Of a DNA stretch of 64,000 nucleotides, positions 21,525-36,010 are shown in pieces. Every line of letters begins with the position of its first letter. Position 1 is the stretch's first letter. Made by a program: the position numbers and the translations under genes. The notes under the pieces are model-generated. The model was not told where the DNA came from. It ran no database searches and was given only the letters and a program-made list of their open reading frames with translations. The DNA is from Gammaproteobacteria bacterium (GTDB taxonomy: Bacteria > Pseudomonadota > Gammaproteobacteria > BMS3Bbin11), in NCBI GenBank assembly GCA_013150915.1, contig JAADJE010000012.1, positions 27,820-91,819 of the forward strand. Reading direction: 5' to 3'.

Positions 21525-22703
21525 ATGCAGGGAAGGAAAACATTTAAGATAGGCATCGTAGCTGGTGAAGTCTCAGGTGATCTGCTTGCAGCTGGACTAA
21601 TACGTGAATTAAGGCAATATCCTTACACATTCGAATTTACAGGTATTGCCGGTCCGAAGATGCAGGAGCAGGCTTGTGAAAGCCTGTACCCAATGAAAAA
21701 ACTCACGCTTATGGGGTTGGATGGCCTTTTTGGGCGCTTATTGGAAATTCTGAAAATTCGCCGCAGCCTGGTGCGTTATTTTAAGGCTGAGCCGCCTGAT
21801 TTATTCATCGGAGTAGATGTACCGGATTTTAATCTGGGTCTTGAAAAGAAATTACGCAGGGCGGGAATCCCTGTCTTGCATTATGTCAGTCCTACCGTCT
21901 GGGCCTGGCGAAAATATCGTCTCAGGTCTATGTGTCACTCTATAGACCGAATTCTTGTTTTGTTCCCCTTTGAGCTGGATTTCTACCGCCAGCACAAGTT
22001 GAATGCGAAGCTGGTCGGTCACCCTATGGTCAGGGATATAAACAGTGACCCGGATATTGAATCATTAAGAAAAAGTTTTGGACTTTCTTCACAAAAAAAA
22101 ATAATCGCCCTGTTGCCGGGAAGCCGGCGTGGGGAGATTCAGCGCATGGCAGGGGATTTTTTGCGGGCAGCGGCTGAACTTTCAAAGAAACACTCGACGC
22201 TGCAGTTTGTCACAGCCATGCCAGATTCCGCACTGATGGAGGTGTTTGAGGCAGAAGTACAAAAAGTGGAGTTAAAATGTGTTGATTTGCTTCGTGTAGT
22301 TGGACACTCCAGGGATATTATGGCCTGTGCAGATATTCTCATGCTTGCCTCAGGTACGGCAGCGCTTGAGGCTGCAATTGTTGGTCGACCTGTCGTTGTT
22401 GCTTACAAGGTATCCTGGTTGACAAAAACCCTGGTGCAATTACTTGCCAGAGTGAAGTATTTTTCCATGCCAAACAATCTGGCTGGCTACAGACTGGTTC
22501 CGGAACTGATGCAGGGTGATTGTACGCCAGAAAATCTTGAGCGTGAGGTGAGTCGATATCTCACTGATGAGGCGGAAGCCAGCAAGGTTATAAAAGCATT
22601 TAAACAGATACGAAAAAGTCTGGATATTGATTCCGATCGCCTGGCAGCTGAAACAGTGCTAGACATGCTGGGCCTGAATAATGAAACAGAACAGAGACAG
22701 TAA
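21525..22703 (+). CDS. lpxB: Lipid-A-disaccharide synthase
   Basis: 392 aa. Conserved N-terminus ([18 protein letters not shown]). Confidence 0.92.
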   Translation: MQGRKTFKIGIVAGEVSGDLLAAGLIRELRQYPYTFEFTGIAGPKMQEQACESLYPMKKLTLMGLDGLFGRLLEILKIRRSLVRYFKAEPPDLFIGVDVPDFNLGLEKKLRRAGIPVLHYVSPTVWAWRKYRLRSMCHSIDRILVLFPFELDFYRQHKLNAKLVGHPMVRDINSDPDIESLRKSFGLSSQKKIIALLPGSRRGEIQRMAGDFLRAAAELSKKHSTLQFVTAMPDSALMEVFEAEVQKVELKCVDLLRVVGHSRDIMACADILMLASGTAALEAAIVGRPVVVAYKVSWLTKTLVQLLARVKYFSMPNNLAGYRLVPELMQGDCTPENLEREVSRYLTDEAEASKVIKAFKQIRKSLDIDSDRLAAETVLDMLGLNNETEQRQ

Positions 22704-23283
22704 AATATCCTGCTTATTCGTTGCAGGGGTTGATGAGGTTGGCCGTGGTCCGCTGGCAGGGCCTGTTGTGACAGCAGCGGTTATACTTGATCGCAGGCAT
22801 GTTATAGACGGCCTGGCTGATTCGAAGCGTTTGAGTGAAAAAAGACGTCGGCAACTGGATTTGCTGATCAGAGAGTATGCGGCGAGCTTCTCGATCGCAC
22901 AGGCTGATGTCCACGAGATTGATCAGATGAATATTCTGCAGGCCACCATGCTGGCGATGCAACGAGCGGTTGCAGGACTGACAATAAGACCTGATAAGGT
23001 GTTGGTGGATGGTAACCGCCTGCCTGTACTCCCCTGTGCAGCGGAGGCGATTATTGGGGGTGATGGTCTGGTCGCTGAGATTTCAGCGGCTTCAATTATC
23101 GCTAAAGTTTATCGCGACCGTATGATGAAAGGCTTGCATCATCGGTATCCACAATATGGTTTTGATAGCAATAAGGGCTATCCCACCCGCCTGCACCGTG
23201 AAGCATTACAAAAATATGGTGTGACGCCAATTCACCGTCGAAGTTTTGCACCGGTAAAACAGGTGATTGAAAATCGTGCCTAA
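22681..23283 (+). CDS. rnhB: Ribonuclease HII
   Basis: 200 aa with the [15 protein letters not shown] active-site motif. Confidence 0.92.
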   Translation: MKQNRDSKISCLFVAGVDEVGRGPLAGPVVTAAVILDRRHVIDGLADSKRLSEKRRRQLDLLIREYAASFSIAQADVHEIDQMNILQATMLAMQRAVAGLTIRPDKVLVDGNRLPVLPCAAEAIIGGDGLVAEISAASIIAKVYRDRMMKGLHHRYPQYGFDSNKGYPTRLHREALQKYGVTPIHRRSFAPVKQVIENRA

Positions 23284-26200
23284 GAGATCCTTTATCCATC
23301 TTCATCTGCACTCAGAGTATTCTCTGGTAGACAGTATTCTCCGCATTAACGACATTATAGATGTCTCTACAGAGCAGAATATGCCGGCTGTTGCAGTGAC
23401 CGATTTATCCAATGTTTTTTCTGTGGTCAAATTCTATAAAGCGGCTGCGATTGCTGGCATCAAGCCAATTCTGGGTTCCGATGTATGGATAGAACGTGCG
23501 GAACAACCGGGAAAACCCTTCCGTCTGGTTCTGCTGTGCCAGGATAAGAAAGGCTATCGTAACCTGACTCATATGTTGTCAGAGGCCTTTCGCCATGGCC
23601 AGCACCTGGGTGGCCATGCCTGTATTTCAAAGCAAGAACTGGCCGCGCATGGTGAGGGTCTGATAGCGCTGTCTGCCGCCACCCAGGGAGAGATAGGAAA
23701 TGCCCTGCTGCATGGCTCCAATGAACAGCTTGAACAATTGGTGGATGAATATCTACAGATATTTTCTGACCGTTTTTATCTTGAACTACAGCGTACCGGA
23801 AGGCCTGGTGATGAAGAGCATATCGACAAGGCTATGGCCCTGGCAATACGTCGTTCCCTACCTGTGGTGGCAACAAATGATGTCCGTTTCAGAATGGAGA
23901 ATGACTTTGAAATTCATGATATACGCGTTTGTATACAGGACAGTCGGGTATTGAATGATCCACGTCGACCTAAACTCTACAGTCGGCAGCAGTATTTTCG
24001 CTCAACGGAGGAAATGGTGGAACTGTTCGCTGATATACCCGAGGCGATAGAAAATACTTACCACATTGCCATGCGTTGTAATTGCCGGTTGACACTAGGT
24101 AAAAACTTTATGCCTGAGTTTCCTGTTACCGAAGGGCAGGATGTCAATCAGCTGCTCATTGATGACTCAAATAACGGGTTGAAAAAAATATTGAGGAAAA
24201 TTCCACAAGATGTCGACCGAGGCCTCTATCAGGAGCGTCTGGATATGGAATTGGGTGTCATCACCGGCATGGGGTTTCCCGGTTATTTTCTGATCGTTGC
24301 CGATTTTATCCGCTGGGCCAAAGATCACGATATACCCGTGGGACCGGGTCGTGGTTCCGGGGCTGGATCACTGGTGGCCTATTGCCTGGGCATTACTGAA
24401 CTCGATCCCATTGAGTATGGCCTGTTGTTCGAGCGCTTTTTAAACCCGGAACGTGTCTCGATGCCAGATTTCGATATCGATTTCTGTATGGATAAACGTG
24501 ATCGGGTGATTGAGTACGTTACCCAACGTTATGGTTCTGACAAGGTCTCACAGATTATCACCTACGGCACGATGGCTGCACGTGCGGTGGTACGGGATGT
24601 CGGACGGGTCATGGATGTTGGTTTTGGCTTTGTTGACCAGCTGGCCAAGATGATTCCTGGGGAACCGGGGATGACACTGGCGAGGGCGATTGAGTCAGAA
24701 AAAGATCTGCGCGAAAAAATAGAACAGGATGATGATGTACGTGAACTGATCAGTCATGCTCAATCTCTGGAAGGTATGGCCAGAAATGCCGGTAAGCATG
24801 CCGGTGGTGTGGTCATTGCACCCACTGCACTGACAGATTTTACTGCCCTGTATTGTGAGCAGGGCGTCACCCAGATGGTGACTCACCTGGATATGAAAGA
24901 TATAGAAGCTGTTGGTCTGGTGAAGTTTGATTTTCTCGGTTTGCGAACCCTGACCGTTATCGATAATACATTGAAAACGGTCAACCGTTTCCGCGAACAA
25001 AATGCCCAGACACCGATGACATTGGAAGATATTGATCTCAGTGATAAAAAGACTTTTGAGTTGATTCGCGCCTGCGGGACAACGGCTATTTTCCAGCTCG
25101 AATCCAGCGGTATGAAAGATGTTATTAAGAAACTGCAGCCAGATAACTTCGACGATATGATCGCGGTGGTTGCCCTGTACCGCCCGGGGCCATTGGGCTC
25201 GGGTATGGTTGAGACCTTCATTGATCGAAAACGTGGGCGTCAAAAAATTATCTATCTACATCCGCTGCTGGAAGAAATACTCAAACCCACCTACGGTGTG
25301 ATTCTTTACCAGGAACAGGTAATGCAGATTGCCCAGGTGCTTGCTTCGTTCACATTAGGTGCAGCGGATATACTGCGCTGGGCGATGGGCAAGAAGATCG
25401 TAGAAGAAATGGCGAAACAGCGCGAGAACTTTCGGATTGGTGCTGAAAAAAACGGTATCGATGCCAGGCAGGCAGACGGTATCTTCGATTTGATGGAGGA
25501 ATTTGCCAAGTACGGTTTCAATAAATCGCATTCCGCCGCCTACGCACTGGTTTCATTCCAGACGGCCTGGTTCAAGGCGCATTACCCGGCGATGTTCCTC
25601 GCCGCAACGCTATCGGTGGATATGGAAAAGACAGATAAAGTCGTTACATTAATCGCCGAATGTCGGGATATGAACCTGACGGTACTGCCACCGGATGTTA
25701 ACAGCTCCGGTTTTTCTTTCGAGGCAAGTTCAGAAGATACTATCATATACGGTCTCGGTGCGATCAAGGGTATTGGACAGGCGGCGATAGAAGAAATTAC
25801 CCGTGCGCGGAAAGAAAAAGGTCAGTTCAGTAGCCTGTATGAATTTTGCCGTACGCTAGATTTGAAGAAAGTGAACCAGCGTACTTTAGAGACGCTGATC
25901 GGTGCAGGTGCGCTGGATAAAATGGGTGTACACCGTGCTGCCCTGATGGCAAACCTGGCGAATGCCATGTCCTTGTCGGGGCAGGAACTCAGAAATCGTG
26001 CGGCTGGACAGGATGACTTATTTGGCAGCAGTGATGCGCTGGATTGCGATATTGACTGGATAGAAGTGGCAGAATATTCAGAGGATGAGCGCCTTAAACG
26101 AGAAAAAAAGCACCTTGGACTGTACCTGACAGGGCATCCGATGAATCAATATCAAAAGGAGCTGGGTAATTTTATCAGTTGCAGTTTGAGTGAGGTTGAG

Positions 26201-26734
26201 TCGGCAGTGGGTAAACAGGTCACCATAGCGGGTCTGATTATTGCTATGCGTACACGCAATACACGTCGAGGTCGAATGGCAATTTTGATCCTGGATGACC
26301 AGTCTGCCCGGTTAGAAATTCCCATATACTCAGAACTCTATGAGAGCAATAAACAATTGCTGCAGGAAGACAGACTGGTCATCATCAGCGGCAAGGCCGC
26401 TTATGATGATTATTCCAGTAGTACTCGGGTCACTGCAGAGCGTATTCATGACATGGACTCAGCCCGTGAGACCTTTTCTACTGACCTGCGTATCACCTTG
26501 AAAAAGAAAGTAGAAGATGCCGTCGAAAGCCTGCAGGTCACACTGCAGCCGGTAAAAGGCGGTTCTACACCCGTCATTATTGATTATATGAATGAAGAGG
26601 CCAGGGCAAGCATTCATTTGCCGCGTGAATGGTGTGTACACCCTTCAGCAAAGCTGCTGGATGAACTAAATAAACTCCCTGTCGTCAGCAAGGCTGTCTG
26701 TGAATACAATGCTGCCGGGGCGCGTATTAATTAA
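23267..26734 (+). CDS. dnaE: DNA polymerase III alpha subunit
   Basis: 1155 aa. N-terminal PHP domain ([11 protein letters not shown]), polymerase core and an OB-fold C-terminus. Confidence 0.95.
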   Translation: MKIVPKRSFIHLHLHSEYSLVDSILRINDIIDVSTEQNMPAVAVTDLSNVFSVVKFYKAAAIAGIKPILGSDVWIERAEQPGKPFRLVLLCQDKKGYRNLTHMLSEAFRHGQHLGGHACISKQELAAHGEGLIALSAATQGEIGNALLHGSNEQLEQLVDEYLQIFSDRFYLELQRTGRPGDEEHIDKAMALAIRRSLPVVATNDVRFRMENDFEIHDIRVCIQDSRVLNDPRRPKLYSRQQYFRSTEEMVELFADIPEAIENTYHIAMRCNCRLTLGKNFMPEFPVTEGQDVNQLLIDDSNNGLKKILRKIPQDVDRGLYQERLDMELGVITGMGFPGYFLIVADFIRWAKDHDIPVGPGRGSGAGSLVAYCLGITELDPIEYGLLFERFLNPERVSMPDFDIDFCMDKRDRVIEYVTQRYGSDKVSQIITYGTMAARAVVRDVGRVMDVGFGFVDQLAKMIPGEPGMTLARAIESEKDLREKIEQDDDVRELISHAQSLEGMARNAGKHAGGVVIAPTALTDFTALYCEQGVTQMVTHLDMKDIEAVGLVKFDFLGLRTLTVIDNTLKTVNRFREQNAQTPMTLEDIDLSDKKTFELIRACGTTAIFQLESSGMKDVIKKLQPDNFDDMIAVVALYRPGPLGSGMVETFIDRKRGRQKIIYLHPLLEEILKPTYGVILYQEQVMQIAQVLASFTLGAADILRWAMGKKIVEEMAKQRENFRIGAEKNGIDARQADGIFDLMEEFAKYGFNKSHSAAYALVSFQTAWFKAHYPAMFLAATLSVDMEKTDKVVTLIAECRDMNLTVLPPDVNSSGFSFEASSEDTIIYGLGAIKGIGQAAIEEITRARKEKGQFSSLYEFCRTLDLKKVNQRTLETLIGAGALDKMGVHRAALMANLANAMSLSGQELRNRAAGQDDLFGSSDALDCDIDWIEVAEYSEDERLKREKKHLGLYLTGHPMNQYQKELGNFISCSLSEVESAVGKQVTIAGLIIAMRTRNTRRGRMAILILDDQSARLEIPIYSELYESNKQLLQEDRLVIISGKAAYDDYSSSTRVTAERIHDMDSARETFSTDLRITLKKKVEDAVESLQVTLQPVKGGSTPVIIDYMNEEARASIHLPREWCVHPSAKLLDELNKLPVVSKAVCEYNAAGARIN

Positions 26735-26737
26735 TGG

Positions 26738-26760
26738 AGGGCACTTAAAGGTGCCCTTTA
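26738..26760 (+). terminator. Hairpin AGGGCAC-TTAAAG-GTGCCCT followed by TTTA, directly after the dnaE stop. Doubles as a minimal fused copy of the family-A terminal inverted repeats.
   Basis: A perfect 7-bp stem with a 6-nt loop and a T-rich tail. The stem arms match the terminal repeats AAGGGCACC / GGTGCCCTT of the 38122-38286 element. Confidence 0.55.
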
Positions 26761-26821
26761 TCCTTAGATCAGTATAGCGTTATACTTTCACCCGACTAGA
26801 TTATTACTGCTGGAACCCTAG

Positions 26822-27784
26822 ATGAACCTCAACTTTCTCGATTTCGAGCAACCTATCGCTGAACTTGAAGCCAAAATAGACGAATTGCGTCATGTTGGCA
26901 TCACCAGCGATGTCAGTCTAACCGATGAAGTGGCCCGTCTACACAGTAAGAGCATCAAGCTGACGGAATCGATATTTTCCTCATTAACTTCGTGGCAGGT
27001 GTCGCAGCTTGCCCGCCATCCCCAGCGCCCCTACACACTTGAATATATCGACAGGATATTTACCGGTTTTCAGGAATTGCGTGGTGATCGTATGTTTGCT
27101 GATGATTCTGCGATCGTCGGTGGTCTGGCGCGTCTGGAAGGTCGTCCAGTGATGGTGATCGGCCATCAGAAAGGCCGTGACACAAAGGAGAAGGTATACC
27201 GTAACTTTGGTATGCCACGGCCTGAGGGATACCGCAAAGCGATGAGATTGATGGAGATGGCAGAGCGTTTCCACCTGCCTCTGCTGACATTTATAGATAC
27301 CCCCGGTGCCTACCCGGGCGTTGATGCAGAAAAACGAGGCCAGAGCGAAGCCATTGCGCGTAATTTGTTTGTTATGTCTGATTTGAAAACGCCTATCATT
27401 TCGACGGTGATTGGTGAAGGGGGGTCGGGTGGCGCGTTGGCCATCGGTGTTTGTGACCGACTTCTGATGTTTCAATATTCAACCTACTCGGTAATTTCAC
27501 CGGAGGGTTGTTCAACTATCCTGTGGAAGAGTGCCGATAATGCGGCGGATGCCGCTGAGGTGATGGGATTGACGGCACAACGTCTGCGGGATCTGGGCCT
27601 GATAGATGAGATCATCGAGGAGCCATTGGGTGGTGCGCACCGTGATGTTGATCTGGCTGCAGAAAATCTACGCAAGGCGTTGCTGAAAAACCTCGATACC
27701 CTGGGTGCGATGACGATACCTGAGTTACAGGAGAAACGTTATCACCGTTTACGCCAGTACGGTGTCGATAATTTCCAGGAATAG
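26822..27784 (+). CDS. accA: Acetyl-CoA carboxylase carboxyltransferase alpha subunit
   Basis: 320 aa. Conserved AccA sequence. Follows dnaE as in many gammaproteobacteria. Confidence 0.93.
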   Translation: MNLNFLDFEQPIAELEAKIDELRHVGITSDVSLTDEVARLHSKSIKLTESIFSSLTSWQVSQLARHPQRPYTLEYIDRIFTGFQELRGDRMFADDSAIVGGLARLEGRPVMVIGHQKGRDTKEKVYRNFGMPRPEGYRKAMRLMEMAERFHLPLLTFIDTPGAYPGVDAEKRGQSEAIARNLFVMSDLKTPIISTVIGEGGSGGALAIGVCDRLLMFQYSTYSVISPEGCSTILWKSADNAADAAEVMGLTAQRLRDLGLIDEIIEEPLGGAHRDVDLAAENLRKALLKNLDTLGAMTIPELQEKRYHRLRQYGVDNFQE

Positions 27785-27796
27785 CTCGGATGTTTC

Positions 27797-29194
27797 ATGG
27801 GACTGTTCGACCGGGTCGTGCGACAAGTGTCTACGTCTGCTAATTTCTCTGCCGCCAGTCTCTGGCAGGTTCTGCATGATCAGCTTTCTGTAGAAAAGGA
27901 CAGTGCAGTCTATGTTGCCTTTAGCGGTGGTCTGGACTCGCACGTGCTGTTGCACGCACTTTCTGGTCTGGCATCTGATTACCCTTTTTCGCTGAACGCG
28001 ATTCATATTAATCATTCACTACAGCCACAATCGCCCGCCTGGGCAGAGCACTGTCAGGAGGTGTGTGGTGCCCTGTCAGTGGCGCTTACTATCAAGACAC
28101 TTAGCCTGGATCAGAAAAAGGGTGAAAGCCTTGAGGCGCTGGCAAGGGATGCGCGCTATACCGCATTGGCTGAATGCCTGCCTGTAGGGGGGATATGCAT
28201 GACCGCCCAGCACAGAAACGACCAGAGTGAAACCTTATTGCTGCAGCTACTGCGTGGTGCGGGAGTGCATGGGCTGGCGGCAATGCCCGCCAGTAAAGTG
28301 TTTTTTATGGGCCAACTGTTGAGGCCGCTGCTGGCTTTTACTCGACAGGATCTGGTGGATTATGCGCAAAGACACAAGCTTGTCTGGGTAGAAGACCCGA
28401 GCAATCAGGACAATAGATTCGATAGAAACTTTCTGCGCAATGAGGTATTGCCCAATTTGCGTGAGCGCTGGCCGGGGATGGACAAAAGCCTGTCACGCAG
28501 TGCACGTCATGCGGCCTCAGCGGCGACGATGCTGGATGACATGGCCAGGTCAGATTTACTTTATTGCAAGGCCAGCGGTAACCATTTTCTCCCCCCCTGT
28601 ATTACCTGTTTGAATGCTCATTTACTGGCTGAACTGCCGGTTTTGCACCGTGTGAATGCCCTGCGCTACTGGGTGCGAATGAATGGCTTGTCGGTGCCCA
28701 GCGATGAGCAGATGCAAAGTGTGATTCGTTTACTTGAGGCATCATCAGGCAAAGGCAGTGTGAAATGGTCTGCAGCTGTACTCAGGCTGGATAACAATAT
28801 ACTGTGGTTATGTGATAACTCTGATGCCGTTCAAACGACCAACGAGTTTCTTGACTGGGTTCTCCCGGCATCCCTACAATTTCGAAATATGGTCCTGCGG
28901 GTCACAAAGGTGAAGGGAGAGGGGCTGGCCAAATCACGGCTCATCGGTTTTACCTTGAAGGTGTCTTTTCGTCAGGGAAGTGAGCTATGCCGTATGCCTG
29001 GCGATCACGGCAGCAAACCACTAAAGACCCTGTTCCAGGATCTTTCCATACCCGCCTGGATGCGTGATAACGTACCGCTGGTCTTTCTTGACGATGAACT
29101 GCTTGCTGTCTCATCACTCTGGAGCAATCCTCATTACTTACCCGGCCCGGATGAAGAGGGTTATGTCATCTCGGTTCACTATAAAGAGGCCTAA
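27797..29194 (+). CDS. tilS: tRNA(Ile)-lysidine synthetase
   Basis: 465 aa with the N-terminal PP-loop SGGLDS motif. Follows accA. Confidence 0.88.
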   Translation: MGLFDRVVRQVSTSANFSAASLWQVLHDQLSVEKDSAVYVAFSGGLDSHVLLHALSGLASDYPFSLNAIHINHSLQPQSPAWAEHCQEVCGALSVALTIKTLSLDQKKGESLEALARDARYTALAECLPVGGICMTAQHRNDQSETLLLQLLRGAGVHGLAAMPASKVFFMGQLLRPLLAFTRQDLVDYAQRHKLVWVEDPSNQDNRFDRNFLRNEVLPNLRERWPGMDKSLSRSARHAASAATMLDDMARSDLLYCKASGNHFLPPCITCLNAHLLAELPVLHRVNALRYWVRMNGLSVPSDEQMQSVIRLLEASSGKGSVKWSAAVLRLDNNILWLCDNSDAVQTTNEFLDWVLPASLQFRNMVLRVTKVKGEGLAKSRLIGFTLKVSFRQGSELCRMPGDHGSKPLKTLFQDLSIPAWMRDNVPLVFLDDELLAVSSLWSNPHYLPGPDEEGYVISVHYKEA

Positions 29195-29454
29195 AATCAA
29201 ACACTTTCCGACGGAGGTCACGGAGGAAAAGAATATAAGTAGCCTGATGGGATACTGTTGTCCAGATTCTGCTTCAACTCCACTATCTGGTCAGTAATAT
29301 GGCAACATAAAAACCGCTGTGTTCGTTGTATTCTCTGTGGGAAAAAAGTCTTTGAACCTCGATCTTGAGGCTTGAAGCTCTAATGTTCTGATTGTGAAGT
29401 AGGGGTGGCTTTGGTATGCTTTCCTCCCGTTCGGGGGCAGTCCCCGCACACTGA

Positions 29455-31122
<1,668 letters not shown>

Positions 31123-31138
31123 TGACAGGCAGACTGAA

Positions 31139-31972
31139 ATGAGACTGATTGATTTTAATGTTGGCCTCACTCAACCATTTTTTCTCATTGCAGGCCCCTG
31201 CGTGCTTGAATCACAGCAGCTTGCCGTTGATACGGCCGGAGAATTGGCTGAAATGACCTCCAAGCTGGATATTCCCTTTATTTTCAAATCATCCTACGAC
31301 AAGGCAAACCGCACGTCGGGCCAGTCCTACCGTGGCATGGGGATCGATGAGGGACTTAAAATACTCGATCATGTTCGTCAGCAAACCGGTGTGCCCGTAC
31401 TTACGGATGTACACAGTGTGGCGGAAGTGAAGGCCGTTACAGAGGCCGTGGATGTCCTACAAACGCCGGCTTTCCTCTGCCGTCAGACCGACTTGATTGA
31501 AGCCGTCGGCAGCTGCGGCAAGCCGGTTAATATCAAAAAAGGTCAGTTTCTTTCACCGCAGGAGATGACGCAGGTGGTGGACAAAGCAATTGCAGCCGGT
31601 GGAAAAGGACGAATCATGGTCTGTGAGCGGGGTGTAAGTTTTGGTTATAACAACCTGGTCGTAGATATGCGCTCGCTGGCGATTATGCGAAATACTGGCT
31701 GCCCGGTCGTGTTTGATGTTACCCACTCAGTGCAGCAACCTGGAGGTCAGGGGACACATTCAGGTGGCAACCGTGAAGGTATCCCTGTGCTGGCCAGGGC
31801 TGCCATAGCTGTAGGTGTGTCGGGCCTGTTTATGGAAACACACCCCGATCCCGATAACGCCCTCAGTGACGGCCCCAACTCCTGGCCACTGGCCCGCATG
31901 AAAGAACTGCTGGAACATCTAAAAGAGATTGACCAGGCCACCAAGGCCAGGGTATTCGAAGAGCAGCTGTAG
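31139..31972 (+). CDS. kdsA: 2-dehydro-3-deoxyphosphooctonate aldolase (KDO-8-phosphate synthase)
   Basis: Conserved N-terminus ([12 protein letters not shown]...). The six-frame ORF starting at 30947 is an in-frame read-through of the pyrG 3' end. In-frame ATGs at 31094, 31103 and 31139 are candidate starts; 31139 best matches KdsA N-termini. Confidence 0.85.
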   Translation: MRLIDFNVGLTQPFFLIAGPCVLESQQLAVDTAGELAEMTSKLDIPFIFKSSYDKANRTSGQSYRGMGIDEGLKILDHVRQQTGVPVLTDVHSVAEVKAVTEAVDVLQTPAFLCRQTDLIEAVGSCGKPVNIKKGQFLSPQEMTQVVDKAIAAGGKGRIMVCERGVSFGYNNLVVDMRSLAIMRNTGCPVVFDVTHSVQQPGGQGTHSGGNREGIPVLARAAIAVGVSGLFMETHPDPDNALSDGPNSWPLARMKELLEHLKEIDQATKARVFEEQL

Positions 31973-32085
31973 GTTTTCACCGTGTCCTCTGCGGTAAATA
32001 ATCTTTTAAGCCTTCAGTCATTGCGGTAAAATTGTCGGTCTATTCTCGGTAAATCAGATGGAACTCCTGCCTCCTGTAATGGTAG

Positions 32086-33393
<1,308 letters not shown>

Positions 33394-33477
33394 TAAACTA
33401 ATCAAAGGGTTATATAATTTATCTAAAAAATTACATTAACTCTGTTTAGTCCTCACTGCTACACGGGAGACAGGAGA

Positions 33478-33747
33478 GTGAAATTTCTGCTGGCAACTGG
33501 AATTATACTGGCTATTTTACTTGCCTATACGCTTGCCTTCGGTAAAGGCGGTCTCTTGGATTTCTGGAATATGCAGCGTGACATAACTATTCAGCAGGAA
33601 CAAAACGAGCGGCTACTGCAACGCAATCGTGAACTGGCGGGTGAAATCGTTAATCTACAGAAAGGAACCGAGGCGATTGAAGAGCGAGCAAGAAGTGACC
33701 TCGGCCTGATACAGCCTGGTGAGGTGTTTGTGCAGATTATTGAATAG
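33478..33747 (+). CDS. ftsB: Cell division protein FtsB
   Basis: 89 aa with an N-terminal transmembrane segment, a coiled coil and the conserved ...EERARSDLGLIQPGEVF C-terminal region. GTG start. Follows eno. Confidence 0.8.
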   Translation: MKFLLATGIILAILLAYTLAFGKGGLLDFWNMQRDITIQQEQNERLLQRNRELAGEIVNLQKGTEAIEERARSDLGLIQPGEVFVQIIE

Positions 33748-33794
33748 CTCCAAGTTCCAGAAACTTTGTTGAATTCTATTGTTCGGGGATAAAA

Positions 33795-34352
33795 ATGAGT
33801 GATGATATTTTAAAAAAACTGGGCCCGTTAGCTGTTCTGGCGGGGACATGGGAAGGGGATCAGGGGGTTGATATTTCCAGAATCCACAGTGAAGAAAAAG
33901 AGACGAAATATCGAGAGAAAATTGTCTTCGAACCGCTTGGGCCGGTTAAAAATGGGCCGCAAGAACTGTATGGCCTGCGTTATTCGATGACAGCCTGGCG
34001 TCTGGGTGAAGAGGATGGGTTTCACGAAGAACTGGGCTACTGGCTGTGGGATGGGGGTAATGAACAGGTCTTGCGTTGCTTTATGGTGCCTCGCGGAGTG
34101 CTGATCAATGCGGGTGGTGATGCGAAAGTTAGCAGTAAAAGTTTTCATTTATCTGCCGAAGTCGGTTCAGAAATATACGGTATTTTGTCCAATAAATACC
34201 TGGATGAGTCTTATAAGACTATGAAGTATGTGTTAGACGTTGATATTCATGGGGAGGGTAGCTTTAGTTATAAGGAGGACACGCAGTTGTGGATTCCAAT
34301 TAATGAGGCGATTTTTCATCACACGGATGAGAATACTTTAAAGAAAGTTTGA
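33795..34352 (+). CDS. Nitrobindin/THAP4-like heme-binding beta-barrel protein (DUF1794 / FABP-like family)
   Basis: 185 aa. N-terminal LGPLAVLAGTWEGDQG and HEELGYWLWD motifs resemble the nitrobindin signature (LxxLxGxWxG ... HxExGY). Confidence 0.5.
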   Translation: MSDDILKKLGPLAVLAGTWEGDQGVDISRIHSEEKETKYREKIVFEPLGPVKNGPQELYGLRYSMTAWRLGEEDGFHEELGYWLWDGGNEQVLRCFMVPRGVLINAGGDAKVSSKSFHLSAEVGSEIYGILSNKYLDESYKTMKYVLDVDIHGEGSFSYKEDTQLWIPINEAIFHHTDENTLKKV

Positions 34353-34561
34353 TTTTTTTCTGGCGGGTTTCTTTTTTGCTTGATTCCTTGAATTGGTTTG
34401 TATTTTTCATTCTTCATGGACAAGTGACTTTCTTTATACGGATGAAGAGAATAACCAGAGAAATCTGCTCCGGATTTCTACTGCTCGACAGGCAAAAGGG
34501 GGTGGAAGATCAAAGACTAATGACCCAAGCTTAGAGACTAAAGACCAAATTATTCTTCTTT

Positions 34562-35503
34562 TTAATCTTTCGAAACCGAATAGGGCTGAACACCCACAGT
34601 CAGTTTTTCCCCATCCGAAGTGCCCAGCCTGAGATCCAGGTTCTCATCTACGGCTTTCGTCTGCAACACCACCTGCAAACACTGACTTGAATCGGAAATG
34701 GCGGCCTGAATAACGGTTCCCGCAACTTTGTCTGGCTGACCGGCAATATAGATCTTGTCATTGGGTTGAGCTAGCTGATTGCTACTGGTCTCTACTGCGA
34801 ACATCCGTTGCTTGATTTTTCCCAGGTAGTGCACTCTTGCGACGATTTCCTGTCCTGGGTAACAGCCTTTTTTGAAGTTTACGGCACCAATCAGGTCGAG
34901 GTTAACCATCTGTGGCACAAAGGTTTCCTGAGTAGCCAGGACGATGGCAGGGATGCCTGTCTGAATATCCAGTAGGGTCCAGTTGTTCCTGTCTGCTGAT
35001 GGATTCGCCTTAAGTTTTACAGACTCACCAATAAACAGGAAACGCCCCGATTCATAGCTGATGGTCAGCAGACAATTGTTGTTATCTCTGCTGAGTTTTC
35101 CGTCCTCTCTTTTCTGCGTGAGTCCAATACCGGACAGATTGTCAGCAGCCCCCAGAATGCCGGTAATGGATGTGTTCTCATCCTGCGGCGTAATCGTCAC
35201 ATCGTCCCGCATAACAAACATGCGTAAGCGAGGCAAAATGTTATCGCCGATCTCTGCAGGCAGAATCAGCAGGAATTCATTTTCATCCAGCCTGGCGATG
35301 GTCATGAAAGCCAGTAAACGTCCTTTTGGCGTACAGTAGCTACTGTACTGCCAGTTATTGACCGGTAAATTGCTCAGGTCATTGGTGAACTGGGCATGTA
35401 GAAATTTGTTTGCGTCGCTGCCCGTAACATGCAGGGATGTTAAATTACCCAGTTGGATGATTTGTGATGGAGAGTCGTCTTTCATTTGCTGTTTATTGTC
35501 CAT
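34562..35503 (-). CDS. ygfZ: Folate-binding Fe-S cluster repair / tRNA-modification protein YgfZ (GcvT-like)
   Basis: C-terminal KGCYPGQEIVARV signature. The ORF is open to 35587, but the first ~28 codons look non-coding, so the start is probably ATG at 35503 or 35485. Lies divergent from the sdh operon. Confidence 0.75.
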   Translation of the reverse strand: MDNKQQMKDDSPSQIIQLGNLTSLHVTGSDANKFLHAQFTNDLSNLPVNNWQYSSYCTPKGRLLAFMTIARLDENEFLLILPAEIGDNILPRLRMFVMRDDVTITPQDENTSITGILGAADNLSGIGLTQKREDGKLSRDNNNCLLTISYESGRFLFIGESVKLKANPSADRNNWTLLDIQTGIPAIVLATQETFVPQMVNLDLIGAVNFKKGCYPGQEIVARVHYLGKIKQRMFAVETSSNQLAQPNDKIYIAGQPDKVAGTVIQAAISDSSQCLQVVLQTKAVDENLDLRLGTSDGEKLTVGVQPYSVSKD

Positions 35504-35617
35504 GTGTCTTGGTGTATCTCGTGGCTTGGTGATAGGATTGTAAAGGAAACCAATGCAGACAAACACTGTCCAATCTTGTGAATTCATACAGGGAGGGGTG
35601 ATGGACTACGAACAAAG

Positions 35618-36010
35618 ATGGCAAATATGAAGAAAGCCGGCCTGCGTCCCGTATTTCTAAACCTGCTACAGATACGTTTACCCCACGGGGGGGTACTGTC
35701 CATCGTTCACCGCGTTACGGGTGTGCTACTGGTGTTGGCAATCCCTCTTTTCATCTATCTCCTTCAATTACTCAATAGCGGGACGGATGGCTTTTCTCAA
35801 GCCCTGGCCCTGTTGCACGGCCTCCCCGGAAAGATCTTTCTCAGTCTGACAGTTTGGGTACTGATACAGCATTCCCTCAGTGGCATAAGGCATTTGATGA
35901 TGGATATGGGCATTAGTTATGACAAAAATATTGCACGCAAAACAGCCGATACTGTTTTCGCGCTTGGCCTGTTGATGGTTATTGTTACTGGCGTGGCGAT
36001 ATGGCTGTAG
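35618..36010 (+). CDS. sdhC: Succinate dehydrogenase cytochrome b556 subunit
   Basis: 130 aa with three transmembrane helices. Heme-ligand region (SIVHRVTGV) aligns with SdhC. Confidence 0.82.
   Translation: MANMKKAGLRPVFLNLLQIRLPHGGVLSIVHRVTGVLLVLAIPLFIYLLQLLNSGTDGFSQALALLHGLPGKIFLSLTVWVLIQHSLSGIRHLMMDMGISYDKNIARKTADTVFALGLLMVIVTGVAIWL

Noticed and set aside
24695-25243. 182-aa minus-strand ORF inside dnaE
   Set aside because: It lies fully inside the strongly conserved dnaE coding region and is a shadow ORF.
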